Shown: piece by piece, positions 29,057-38,558 of the stretch
How positions within the stretch are numbered: position 1 is the stretch's first letter
Layout: each line of letters opens with the position of its first letter
Notes under the pieces: generated by a model
What the model was told of the DNA's origin: nothing
Seen by the model: the letters and a program-made list of their open reading frames with translations, nothing else
The model's database searches: none
Position numbers and translations under genes: made by a program
Assembly (NCBI RefSeq): GCF_034669605.1
Contig: NZ_JAXMOX010000001.1
Span: 1 to 58,656, forward strand
Reading direction: 5' to 3'
DNA length: 58,656 bases
From: Leisingera sp.
GTDB lineage: Bacteria; Pseudomonadota; Alphaproteobacteria; Rhodobacterales; Rhodobacteraceae

Positions 29057-30478
29057 TCAGCCGCGCTGGCCGACGTGGCGCCCGGCGCCTTCGGGCAGCG
29101 GCAGCCCCGCGTGCGCGGCGGCAAAACTTGCCAACTTGTCCGCCACCGCATCGGACGGCAGCGAAGTACCGCGCGCGTTCAGGTCCATATGCAGCAGCAG
29201 CGTTTCCACGGTCGCCGCCAGCTGCCCCTCGGGGCCGGACAGGCGGTGGAACAGATGCATCTTCTTGCCCTCGCCCGTCAGCACCTGGGTGGTGACGGTC
29301 AGCGCATCGCCCTCGTGCAGCTCATCCAGGAAGCGCACGTGGTTCTCGACAGTGAAATAGCTGCCGCCCGCAGCGATATAGTCCGCATCGCAGCCGATCA
29401 GCTCCATGAACCGGTCGGTCGCCTGGGCCGAGGCCTCGGTATAATGCGCCTCGTTCATGTGCCCGTTGTAGTCGGTCCAGCTCTGCGGCACCGGACGGCT
29501 GACGGTCACCGGCAGATCCGCCGCCTCCGGCGTGGGCAGCGCTGCCTCATGGGAGTTGATCACACCGCCAGCCCCGCTGCCGGATTTCTTCAGCGCCCGC
29601 ATCATGCCGACCAGGTTGTCGTCCCGCAGCCGCTCCAGCTCGCGGATCGGCATATGGCCCGACTGCGCATCCGACTGGCCTGCGATCAGGTCGACCAGCT
29701 CGTCGGTGAACTCCGGCACGTCCATCAGCTTGGTCCAGGGCCATTCCAGCGCCGGGCCGAACTGCGCCATGAAATGCTTCATGCCCGCTTCGCCGCCGGC
29801 AATCCGGTAGGTCTCGAACAGGCCCATCTGCGCCCAGCGGAGGCCAAAGCCCATGCGGATCGACTCATCCAGCTCTTCGGTGGTGCAGATGCCGTCCTTG
29901 ATCAGCCACAGCCCTTCGCGCCAGACCGCTTCCAGCAGCCGGTCGGCGATATGGGCGTCGATCTCCTTGCGTACGGTCAGCGGGTACATGCCCACTTCGC
30001 GCAACAGGTCCGAAGCTTGCGCGCAGGTCTCCGCATCGCCCACCAGCTCGACCAGCGGCAGCAGGTAGACCGGGTTGAACGGATGCGCCACCACGGCGCG
30101 GGCGCCCTCGGCATTCAGCTCCGACGGCTTGAAGCCGGAGGTGGACGAGCCGATCACCGCAGCTGCCGGCGCATGCTCCACGATCTGCGCGTGGATTTTG
30201 TGTTTCAGGTCCAGCCGCTCCGGCACGCTTTCCTGGATCCAGGATGCCTCCGCCACGGCCTCAGCCATGTCCGCGTGGAACGTCAGTTCCCCTTCCGCAG
30301 GCAGCGCCTTGTCATAAAGCGAGGGCAAAGAACGGCGGGCGTTGGCCAGCACCTCATTGATCTTGCGTTCTGCTTCCGGGTCCGGGTCGAACACCCGCAC
30401 GTTCCAGCCGTTCAGGAGGAACCGCGCGGCCCAGCCGCCGCCGATAACCCCACCGCCGATGATTGCTGCTGTTTTCAT
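29057..30478 (-). CDS. cdhA: L-carnitine 3-dehydrogenase fused to a C-terminal thioesterase
   Basis: GGGVIGGGW, QESVPE, HPFNPVYLLPLVE, GLRWAQMG; hot-dog domain WTDYNGHMNE. Confidence 0.9.
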   Translation of the reverse strand: MKTAAIIGGGVIGGGWAARFLLNGWNVRVFDPDPEAERKINEVLANARRSLPSLYDKALPAEGELTFHADMAEAVAEASWIQESVPERLDLKHKIHAQIVEHAPAAAVIGSSTSGFKPSELNAEGARAVVAHPFNPVYLLPLVELVGDAETCAQASDLLREVGMYPLTVRKEIDAHIADRLLEAVWREGLWLIKDGICTTEELDESIRMGFGLRWAQMGLFETYRIAGGEAGMKHFMAQFGPALEWPWTKLMDVPEFTDELVDLIAGQSDAQSGHMPIRELERLRDDNLVGMMRALKKSGSGAGGVINSHEAALPTPEAADLPVTVSRPVPQSWTDYNGHMNEAHYTEASAQATDRFMELIGCDADYIAAGGSYFTVENHVRFLDELHEGDALTVTTQVLTGEGKKMHLFHRLSGPEGQLAATVETLLLHMDLNARGTSLPSDAVADKLASFAAAHAGLPLPEGAGRHVGQRG

Positions 30479-30518
30479 GATCTATCCTCTCGGAATTTCT
30501 TCTGGCCCGTGCCCAGCA

Positions 30519-30582
30519 CGAGCCGCGCCCGCCCCTCCCCCGGGAGGGCGCAGTGCGCCCACCCAGGCTCGGCCGCGGCCCT
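30519..30582 (-). repeat. Structured intergenic repeat, family B copy 2
   Basis: Reverse complement aligns with 11299-11361; hairpin gggtgggcgc-act-gcgccctccc. Confidence 0.6.
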
Positions 30583-30590
30583 GTATTGAG

Positions 30591-31508
30591 TTACTTTGCC
30601 GCCGGTGCGCGCTTGGTGAGGCCCAGCTTCTCGCGGACCGCGTCGGGGCCGATGATCTTGGCGCCCATGCCCTCGATCACGCCCGCCGCGCGTTCCACCA
30701 GCTGCGCATTGGTGGCCAGCACGCCCTTCTCCAGGAACAGGTTGTCTTCCAGCCCGACCCGCACATTGCCGCCCGCCAGCACCGACTGCGCCGCATAGGG
30801 CATCTGGTCCCGGCCAAGCGAGAACGCCGACCAGGTCCAATCCGCCGGCACATTGTTGACCATCGCCATAAAGGTGTTGAGGTCGTTCGGTGCGCCCCAC
30901 GGCACCCCCATGCACAGTTGCACCAACGCGTTCTGCTCCAGAATCCCCTCTTTTACCAACTGCTTGGCAAACCACAGATGGCCGGTGTCGAACGCCTCGA
31001 TCTCCGGTTTGACCCCCAGATCGGTCATCATCTGTCCCATCGCCCGCAGCATGCCGGGGGTGTTGGTCATCACGTAATCAGCCTCGGCAAAGTTCATGGT
31101 GCCGCAGTCCAGGGTGCAGATCTCAGGCAGGCATTCGGCAATATGGGCCATCCGCTCGGTGGCGCCGATCATGTCGGTGGCCGCCTCATTGACCGGGAAC
31201 GGGCTCTCGACTCCGCCAAAGACAATATCGCCGCCCATGCCGGCAGTGAGATTCAGCACCACATCCACTTCAGAGTCGCGGATTCGGTCGGTAAGCTCCC
31301 GGTAAAGCTCAAGTTTCCGGGACGGCGCGCCGGTCTCAGGGTCGCGCACATGGCAATGAACAACGGCGGCGCCAGCCTTGGCCGCCTCAATCGCGGACTC
31401 GGCGATTTGCTTGGGGCTGCGCGGCACATGGGGGGATTTGTCCTGAGTGCCGCCCGAGCCGGTCACGGCACAGGTGATGAAGACGTCTCGGTTCATGGTC
31501 AGGGGCAT
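30591..31508 (-). CDS. cdhC: Beta-keto acid cleavage enzyme (BKACE/DUF849), 3-dehydrocarnitine cleavage
   Basis: ITCAVTG, HCHVRD, VRVGLED; adjacent to carnitine dehydrogenase. Confidence 0.9.
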   Translation of the reverse strand: MPLTMNRDVFITCAVTGSGGTQDKSPHVPRSPKQIAESAIEAAKAGAAVVHCHVRDPETGAPSRKLELYRELTDRIRDSEVDVVLNLTAGMGGDIVFGGVESPFPVNEAATDMIGATERMAHIAECLPEICTLDCGTMNFAEADYVMTNTPGMLRAMGQMMTDLGVKPEIEAFDTGHLWFAKQLVKEGILEQNALVQLCMGVPWGAPNDLNTFMAMVNNVPADWTWSAFSLGRDQMPYAAQSVLAGGNVRVGLEDNLFLEKGVLATNAQLVERAAGVIEGMGAKIIGPDAVREKLGLTKRAPAAK

Positions 31509-31526
31509 GGTTTCGCTCCTTTGGGG

Positions 31527-33473
31527 TTAAGCTTGCAATTCAGGGTGATCCGCAAACAGCGCCAGCGCCTGCGGGTTGGCGAGGCCGGAGAGGTTGCGGA
31601 CCGGGTGTTTGTTCACCACGTCGCGCACCGCCAGCTCGGCGGTCTTGCCGGATTTGGTGCGCGGGATGTCAGCGACGGCGATGATCTTTGCAGGCACATG
31701 CCGCGGTGAGGCGTTCTTGCGGATTTCAGTTTTGATACGGAGGGATAACTCATCGTCCAGTGCGACGCTTTCGGCCATGACCACAAACAGCACCACCCGC
31801 ACGTCGTTGTCGGAATTTTGGCCGACAACCACCGCGTCCGACACCTCCTCGATCTTGTCGAGCTGGCGGTAAATCTCCGCGGTGCCGATCCGCACACCGC
31901 CGGGGTTCAGGGTTGCGTCCGAGCGGCCCAGCACGACAAAGCCGCCGTGCCCGGTTCGGATGGTGAAATCGCCCTGGCGCCAGATGTTGGGATAGGCCTC
32001 GAAGTAGCTGGCGCGGTAACGCGCGTTGCCCGGATCGTTCAGAAACCGCACCGGCATCGACGGGTGCGCATTGCGGCAGACCAGCTCGCCTGCCAAGCCC
32101 TCCACAGATTCGCCCTGATCGTTCAGGGTGGCCGTATCCAGCCCCAGCATCGGCGCCTGGATCTCGCCCTGATGCACCGGCAAAACCGGGCAGCCGCCGA
32201 TGAAACAGCCCAGAATATCGGTGCCGCCGCAGATCGAGGCCAGCTGCACATCCGCCTTCCAATCAGCATAGACATGGGCAAACCCCTCCGGCGACAGCGG
32301 CGAACCGGTGGACAGAACCACCCGCAGCGCAGCCAGGTCATGGCTGTCCGCGGGCCGGTTCCGGCGCTTGAGAGAGGCGTCTATGTATTTGGCGGAAATA
32401 CCAAAATGGGTGACTTTCTCCGTCTCGGCCAGATCGAACAGGCGGCGGATACCGGGATGCATCGGGTTGCCGTCGAACAGCACGATCGCGGCCTCGGAGG
32501 CCAGCGCCGCCACCTGCCAGTTCCACATCATCCAGTTGCAGGTGGTGTAATAAAACATCCGGTCGCCCGGGCGCAGGTCGCAGTGCAGCTGCTGCTCCAC
32601 CAGCATCCGCAGCAGGGTGCCGCCGCCGGAATGCTCGATGCACTTGGGCTTGCCGGTGGTGCCAGAGGAGAACATCACATAAAGCGGGTCGCGGAACCCC
32701 ATCGGGCGGCAGTCCAGCGCCGGGGCGTCATCCTGTTTGAACGCCTCATAAGCCTCCATGCCCTCCGGCAGATCCGCAGCCTCCCCGGCATAGGGCCAGA
32801 CCACGATGCGTTCGATCGACGGCACCCGGCCGGCGACCTCGGCAATCGCTGCACGGGTGTCAAAGGTCTTGCCGTTATAGAAATAACCGTCGGCGGCGAA
32901 CATCAGCTTGGGTTCAATCTGACCCAAACGATCCACCACCACATCCGGCCCGCTTTCCGGCGCGCAAGAGGACCAGACCGCCCCCAAGGACGCCGTGGCC
33001 AGCATCGCCGCCACGGTCTGCGGCATGTTCGGAACGTAACCGGCCACATGATCGCCAGCGCCGATTCCGGCCTCCCGCAGCGCGGCGGCCAGCTGCTCGA
33101 CCTCGCGTTTCAACTCCGCGCGGGTCCAGACCATGCGGCGGCCGTCCTCGCCACTGAACACAATGGCCTCGCGCCCATCGGCGTTCTTCAGGAAGGTGTC
33201 CACGACGTTCAGCCGCGCCTCGGGGAAGAACCGCACCTGCATCGGGTCGGCATTCGGCAGCAGAGGCACCCCGCCCTGGTCCCCCGCCAGTCCGCAAAAC
33301 TCCCAGGCCAGCGGCCAGAACGCCTGCGGCCGCGCAACCGACCAGGCGTGCAGATCCGCGAACCTATCCAGCGCCGTGCCGGCAGCGGCAGCGGCTTGCG
33401 CCATGAAATCACACAGCAAAGGTTTGCGGCGCACCGAAAGATCCGGCTGCCAAAGAAGGGGAGCAGTTGTCAT
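31527..33473 (-). CDS. Acetoacetate-CoA ligase
   Basis: MFSSGTTGKPKCIEH, WMMWNW, SICGGTD, GRSDATLNPGGVRIGTAEIY. Confidence 0.92.
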   Translation of the reverse strand: MTTAPLLWQPDLSVRRKPLLCDFMAQAAAAAGTALDRFADLHAWSVARPQAFWPLAWEFCGLAGDQGGVPLLPNADPMQVRFFPEARLNVVDTFLKNADGREAIVFSGEDGRRMVWTRAELKREVEQLAAALREAGIGAGDHVAGYVPNMPQTVAAMLATASLGAVWSSCAPESGPDVVVDRLGQIEPKLMFAADGYFYNGKTFDTRAAIAEVAGRVPSIERIVVWPYAGEAADLPEGMEAYEAFKQDDAPALDCRPMGFRDPLYVMFSSGTTGKPKCIEHSGGGTLLRMLVEQQLHCDLRPGDRMFYYTTCNWMMWNWQVAALASEAAIVLFDGNPMHPGIRRLFDLAETEKVTHFGISAKYIDASLKRRNRPADSHDLAALRVVLSTGSPLSPEGFAHVYADWKADVQLASICGGTDILGCFIGGCPVLPVHQGEIQAPMLGLDTATLNDQGESVEGLAGELVCRNAHPSMPVRFLNDPGNARYRASYFEAYPNIWRQGDFTIRTGHGGFVVLGRSDATLNPGGVRIGTAEIYRQLDKIEEVSDAVVVGQNSDNDVRVVLFVVMAESVALDDELSLRIKTEIRKNASPRHVPAKIIAVADIPRTKSGKTAELAVRDVVNKHPVRNLSGLANPQALALFADHPELQA

Positions 33474-33601
33474 GGGACTATCTATAATTAGAGAGCAGTC
33501 GTCGGTTCAGCATCGGCGGATCGTCAAGAAGCTTGACTTTCCGCGTCAATAGCGCAGGAAATGCCGCCACGCTTATACAGTTCCGGTCAAATAACATACA
33601 A

Positions 33602-34588
33602 ATGCCGCCAAACCCGCCGCCAATCTTTGAATTTCTGCTGTTCGACGGATTTTCGAACATGGTGCTGGCCAGCGCCATGGAACCCCTCCGCGATGTGCGG
33701 ATGAACGCAGGCCAGGAAACGGCGGGCTGGCGGGTCGCCACGTTGGACGGGGCGCCGGTCCGCAGTTCCAGCGGTCTGCAGATCACTCCGGACGGCGCGT
33801 TTGACGCAGGCGCCGGCAACCGCACGCTGGTGCTGGTTGCAGGCTACCGCGTGCGTGAACAGCTCAGCCCGGCGCTGCTTGCAAAACTCAGGACCGCCAC
33901 CCGTCAGGCCAAGCTGGTTCTGGCACTGGACACCGCCGCCTGGCTGCTGGCCGCCGCAGGGGTGCTGGATGGCCATGCCGCAACGATCCACTGGCAGGAA
34001 CTGGACGCCTTTGCCGAGGCCTTTCCCAAGACCGGGGTTTCCACCGCGCGGTTTGTGCGCTCGGGCCCGTTCATGACGTGCGGCGGGGCCAGCACCGCGC
34101 TGGATTTGATGCTGAACCTCATCCAGGATCTCTATGGCTCGGCTGCGGCCTTTGGCGCCTCGACCATGTTTGTCTATGACCCATCGCGCCAGTCGGAACT
34201 GAACCGCGGCGCTGCCCGGCTGGAGCAGAAGGGCTCGCCCAAGGTGCTGAAAGCCGCAAACCTGATGGCAGAGACAATCGAGGCGCCACTGAACAGCGCT
34301 GACCTGGCAAGGCGGGTATCGCTGTCGGAGCGCACTCTGGCGCGGGCGTTTCAGCGCGATTTGGGGATGACGCCGGGCAAATACTACAAGATGCTGCGGC
34401 TTCAGCACGCCCGTTACCTGTCCGAGGAAACCCACCTGAGTCTGGAGCAGATCGCGCTGCGCTGCGGGTTTTCTTCCGCCTCCTCGCTGGGGCGGTCGTA
34501 CAGCGGGCTCTACGGCCGCACCCTCCGCGAGGCGCGGGCTCAGGAACGGCCTTGGGTGGCTTCCGGCCATAACGCCAAGGACCGCTAG
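33602..34588 (+). CDS. GlxA-type (GATase-like plus AraC) regulator, CdhR-like
   Basis: FLLFDGFS, ATIHW, TCGGA, AraC HTH with LSERTLARAF and IALRCGF; divergent from the carnitine operon. Confidence 0.88.
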   Translation: MPPNPPPIFEFLLFDGFSNMVLASAMEPLRDVRMNAGQETAGWRVATLDGAPVRSSSGLQITPDGAFDAGAGNRTLVLVAGYRVREQLSPALLAKLRTATRQAKLVLALDTAAWLLAAAGVLDGHAATIHWQELDAFAEAFPKTGVSTARFVRSGPFMTCGGASTALDLMLNLIQDLYGSAAAFGASTMFVYDPSRQSELNRGAARLEQKGSPKVLKAANLMAETIEAPLNSADLARRVSLSERTLARAFQRDLGMTPGKYYKMLRLQHARYLSEETHLSLEQIALRCGFSSASSLGRSYSGLYGRTLREARAQERPWVASGHNAKDR

Positions 34589-34611
34589 GACACAGCAGCC
34601 GGCAGCGGTGC

Positions 34612-35514
34612 TCAGACCAGTCCCATGGCGATGGCGGAGTGCGGTTCGATCCCGAGATCGGCAAAGCCCGCCATCGCCTCACCGGCGGTATTGTCCTGCT
34701 GCATCAGGACGACCTGCGCCTGGGTCAGCGGCGGATTGCGCATCAGCCAAAGCACAGCCGCCGCCGCCCGCCACACTGCAAAAGGCACCGGCAGCAGCAA
34801 CCGGCGGCGGCCGGAACGGATCGCCAGGCGCTGCAGGATGCCGCGATAGGTGAAAATATCCGGCCCGCCCAGCTCAAACACTTTTCTGCGCGCCCGCGGA
34901 CCATCAAGCAACCGGCAGACGGCCTCGGCCACATCGCCTGCCCAGACCGGCTGCAAGCGCGTGCGCCCGGTGCCGAACAGCGGGATGACCGGCAGGCGGT
35001 CAACGAGTTTTTGCAGGTCGCCGAAAAAGGCGCCGGAGCGGCTGAACATCACGCTGGGGCGCAATACGATGGCGCCGGGGCAGAGACTGCGGATTGCGGC
35101 CTCGCCTTCGGCGCGGGCGCGGACATAGGCCGAGACAGAATGCAGGCTGGCGCCGATTCCGGAAATGTGGATCAGGCGCTGACCGTCGTCCAGGCGCACC
35201 AGCCGGGCAATTCTTTGGGCCCCATCGACGTGCACGTCCTTGAAGCTCTGGTGGCGGCTTTCGGTGTAACAGCCGATGCAATTGATCACAGCGCCAAAAC
35301 CCGTCAGGGCCTGTGCCAATCCGCCCGGGTCTGACAGATCCGTCTTGACCAGGCGGATGCCGGTGCTGGCGGAGCCGCCCTGCGCTGCCGCAGCCTCCGG
35401 GAACCGTGTGCCGATGCTGACCCGGCAGCCGTGCTCCTGCAGCCGTTGAACCACCCGCCGGCCGAGAAACCCTGTGCCGCCAAGTACAATCACATTCCGG
35501 GCACTGGTGGTCAT
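34612..35514 (-). CDS. NAD(P)-binding atypical SDR (complex I NDUFA9-like)
   Basis: LGGTGFLG, HISGIGA, LRPSVMF, LQPVWAGDVA, FELGGP. Confidence 0.85.
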   Translation of the reverse strand: MTTSARNVIVLGGTGFLGRRVVQRLQEHGCRVSIGTRFPEAAAAQGGSASTGIRLVKTDLSDPGGLAQALTGFGAVINCIGCYTESRHQSFKDVHVDGAQRIARLVRLDDGQRLIHISGIGASLHSVSAYVRARAEGEAAIRSLCPGAIVLRPSVMFSRSGAFFGDLQKLVDRLPVIPLFGTGRTRLQPVWAGDVAEAVCRLLDGPRARRKVFELGGPDIFTYRGILQRLAIRSGRRRLLLPVPFAVWRAAAAVLWLMRNPPLTQAQVVLMQQDNTAGEAMAGFADLGIEPHSAIAMGLV

Positions 35515-35716
35515 GGGCACGCGCTCCTCATCAGGCCGGGTACAACGGGCCGGCAACGCAGGGTCCTGCCATGCGCAGCCACCGCCCCAGGCGCGAAATG
35601 CACCGGACGGAAACAACCCTCGGCCAGCCACCACATAGCGCGGCAGCCCGTGCGGGCCAGTTGCGGCCAATCCGGCTGCCCCGCTATCGGGTTTGCGGTC
35701 CCGGCGGCACCCCGCT

Positions 35717-35748
35717 CGGGGGAGCGCAAGGGGCAGACAGCCCCCTCG
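35717..35748 (+). repeat. Dispersed intergenic repeat, family A partial copy
   Basis: cgggggagcgcaaggggcagacagccccctcg versus cgggggagtgcgagcgggcaggcagccccctcg at 46713-46745. Confidence 0.65.
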
Positions 35749-35757
35749 CTTGCCTGC

Positions 35758-36795
35758 TCATTTCTTGAGGTTGGTCCAGATCTGGTCGTAGACTGCCTGG
35801 GTCTGCTGATCGCAGACTTCAATAAACACGCCCTCGCCTGCGTCTGCATGGGGGTTCTTTTCCGGCTGGGCGGCCAGCGCCGGGTCCAGGAACGCGCTTA
35901 CCCCGGTCACACCGGCATTGTACTGCGCATAATTGGTGACCACGGCGATGTTTTCCGGCTCCAGCAGGAAATCCATGAATTTCAGCGCATTGTCCCGGTT
36001 GGGCGCGCCCTTCAGCAGAACGACGTTATCCATCCAGGCGATATAGCCCTGGGTCGGATAGGCATATTCCACATTGGCGCCTTCCTCGCGCGCCTTGGCC
36101 GCAAAGCCATCATAGATCTGCCCCACGGCGGCATCCCCCGACACCAGAACTTCCTTGGCGGTGTCAGAGTTGAAGGACGCCCAGTGCTGCTTGGCCTGTT
36201 GCAGCATCGCATTCAGCGCCTTCAGCTGTTCGCGGTCGGTGGAGCACTGCGGGATCCCCATATGCAGCGAGGCCATCGCCATCACCTCGCCCTGGCTGTC
36301 CAGCATGTTGATCTTGCCCGACAATTCCGCCGGCGGCTCAAACAGAATGGCGGTGGTCTGGATATCCCCGTCATAGGCATCCCGGTTCACTGCAAAAGAG
36401 GTAGAGCCCCATTGATAGGGGATCGAGGACGCGCGGCCCGGGTCAAAGCCTGGATCGGCCCATACCGGCGCGATATTGCCTTTGTTCTCCAGCTCGCCGT
36501 CGGCGATGGTGTCCAGCAGACCCTCGCCCGCCATGATGCTGACCATGTAATCACCCGGCACCGCCAGGTCATAGGTGCCCATACTGCCGGCCTTCAGTGT
36601 CGCCAGCATTGATTCATTGGAGTCATAGGTGTCCATTGTCACCTCGATGCCGGTCTCCGCGGTGAATTTTTCCAAGAGCTCCTGCGGCATGTATTCGAAC
36701 CAGTGGTACAGCACCAGCTTGCCCTCGGCGGCGGCGGCATTGGCGGCCAGGCTCAGCGCAAACGCCGCGGCGCTGGATTTCAGCAGGGTTTTCAT
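35758..36795 (-). CDS. PotD/PotF-family ABC substrate-binding protein
   Basis: Signal peptide; WFEY, TYDSNE, PYQWG, WMD, KFMDFLLEPE. Confidence 0.9.
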   Translation of the reverse strand: MKTLLKSSAAAFALSLAANAAAAEGKLVLYHWFEYMPQELLEKFTAETGIEVTMDTYDSNESMLATLKAGSMGTYDLAVPGDYMVSIMAGEGLLDTIADGELENKGNIAPVWADPGFDPGRASSIPYQWGSTSFAVNRDAYDGDIQTTAILFEPPAELSGKINMLDSQGEVMAMASLHMGIPQCSTDREQLKALNAMLQQAKQHWASFNSDTAKEVLVSGDAAVGQIYDGFAAKAREEGANVEYAYPTQGYIAWMDNVVLLKGAPNRDNALKFMDFLLEPENIAVVTNYAQYNAGVTGVSAFLDPALAAQPEKNPHADAGEGVFIEVCDQQTQAVYDQIWTNLKK

Positions 36796-36815
36796 GATGT
36801 TACTCCCAGGTTGAA

Positions 36816-37625
36816 TTATTTTGTGGTGTCGGATTTGCTGACGAAGTAGCTGATGGTGACCATCACCACCGAGACGCTCAGCAGCATCGTCGAGATCGCC
36901 ATGATGTTGGGCTTGATGCCCTGTTTGACCGAGCCGAAAATCGCGGTCGGCAGGGTCTCAACCCCCGCGCCCTTGACGAAATTGGTGATAATGAAGTCGT
37001 CCAGCGAAACAATGAAGGCGAGCAGAAACCCCGAGATGATGCCCGGCGCCATCAGCGGCATCAGAATTCTGGTAAAGGCCTGCCGCCGGGTGGCGTAGAG
37101 ATCCATCGCCGCCTGTTCAAAGCTGTCCTCGATTCCCTGCATCCGGGCCGAGATCGGCAGGTAGGCAAAGGGGATGCAAAAGGCGATATGGGCCACCAGA
37201 ATAGTCATGTAGCCGCGGGTGAAGCCGATGGCGTTAAAGAAGATCAGCGTTGCCACCGCGGTGACGATCTCCGGCACCATCAGCGGCAGGCTGATCAGGC
37301 CAAACGACACCGTGCGCAGTTTGAAAGTGCCGCCGCGCACCATCGCCGTGGCCGCCAGCGTGGCAATTGCCGTGCTGGCCGTCGCCGCGATGATGGCAAT
37401 CGTAAAGCTGTTGATCGCGGCGGTCTTGAACTTGCCGCTTTCCGGTCCGGTGAACACATCGGCGTACCAGCGCAGCGAGATGCCCTCCCAGTTGGTGATC
37501 GATTGGGAAGCATTGAAGCTGTAGATGGTGACGATCACCAAAGGGGCATAAAGCACCACCAGGCACAACAGGGTGATCGCGCGGAAGCCTGTGTAGGTCT
37601 TTATGTCGTTGTTTACATGCGCCAT
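36816..37625 (-). CDS. PotC-type ABC permease
   Basis: [26 protein letters not shown]. Confidence 0.9.
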   Translation of the reverse strand: MAHVNNDIKTYTGFRAITLLCLVVLYAPLVIVTIYSFNASQSITNWEGISLRWYADVFTGPESGKFKTAAINSFTIAIIAATASTAIATLAATAMVRGGTFKLRTVSFGLISLPLMVPEIVTAVATLIFFNAIGFTRGYMTILVAHIAFCIPFAYLPISARMQGIEDSFEQAAMDLYATRRQAFTRILMPLMAPGIISGFLLAFIVSLDDFIITNFVKGAGVETLPTAIFGSVKQGIKPNIMAISTMLLSVSVVMVTISYFVSKSDTTK

Positions 37626-37628
37626 GGC

Positions 37629-38558
37629 TCAGCCCCCTGCCTTGTCTGCTTTGGCCTGCTGGCGGGCCGAGAACATCAGGATGACCAGCACCATACTCAG
37701 CAGCACCATTGATGCAGCGGCGCCGAACGGCCAATTGCCGGCATTGCCCTTGAACTGTTCCTCGATCAGCGAGCCGATCATGAAGTTCTTGGCTCCACCC
37801 AGAAGATCGGGCGCCAGGAACGACCCCATCGAGGGCACGAACACCAGGATGCAGCCCGCCACCACGCCCGGTTTCACCGCCGGCAGCACGATCCGGCGCA
37901 GGGTGGTCCATTTGCTGGCGTAAAGATCCGCCGCCGCCTCGGACAGCGAGAAGTTGTAGCGTTCCACCGCCGCATAGACCGGCAGCACCATGAACGGCAG
38001 ATAGGAGTAGAACAGCCCCAGCTGCACCGCAAAGTTGGTGTTGACGATATGGATCGGGCTATCGATCAGCCCGGTGCCGATCAGGAAGTCATTCAGCGGG
38101 CCCTGGTCCCGCAGCAGGAACTTCATCGAAACGGTGCGGATCAGCAGGTTCACCCAATAGGGAATGGTGATCAGGAACACCCACATCGGCCGCGCATGTT
38201 CCGGCCGGGTGGCGATGAAATAGGCGGTCGGGAAGCCGATCACCAGGCTCAGCAGCGTTGCCGCCCCGGCCTGCCAGATCGAGCGCCAGAAGATGGTGAT
38301 ATAGGTCCATTCGATCGCCGGCGGCTCATCCCCGAACAGCCCGCGGTCAAAGAAGAACTGATCATAGGCCGAAAGGCTGAATTCCCAGATCACCCCGCCG
38401 CGGAATTCCTTGGTCAGGAAAGAATAGACCAGCATCATGCAGACAGGACCCAGCACAAAAATGCCAAGCACCGCCCAGGACGGCAGCAGCAGCCAGCCGC
38501 GGGCGTCCTTGTATGTGTCTGCGCGGGCCGAGCCGCCGCTTGCTGCGCCTGCTGCCAT
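37629..38558 (-). CDS. PotB-type ABC permease
   Basis: PYWVNLLIR, YLPFMVLP, EAAADL, PDLLGG, NWPFGAA. Confidence 0.9.
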   Translation of the reverse strand: MAAGAASGGSARADTYKDARGWLLLPSWAVLGIFVLGPVCMMLVYSFLTKEFRGGVIWEFSLSAYDQFFFDRGLFGDEPPAIEWTYITIFWRSIWQAGAATLLSLVIGFPTAYFIATRPEHARPMWVFLITIPYWVNLLIRTVSMKFLLRDQGPLNDFLIGTGLIDSPIHIVNTNFAVQLGLFYSYLPFMVLPVYAAVERYNFSLSEAAADLYASKWTTLRRIVLPAVKPGVVAGCILVFVPSMGSFLAPDLLGGAKNFMIGSLIEEQFKGNAGNWPFGAAASMVLLSMVLVILMFSARQQAKADKAGG

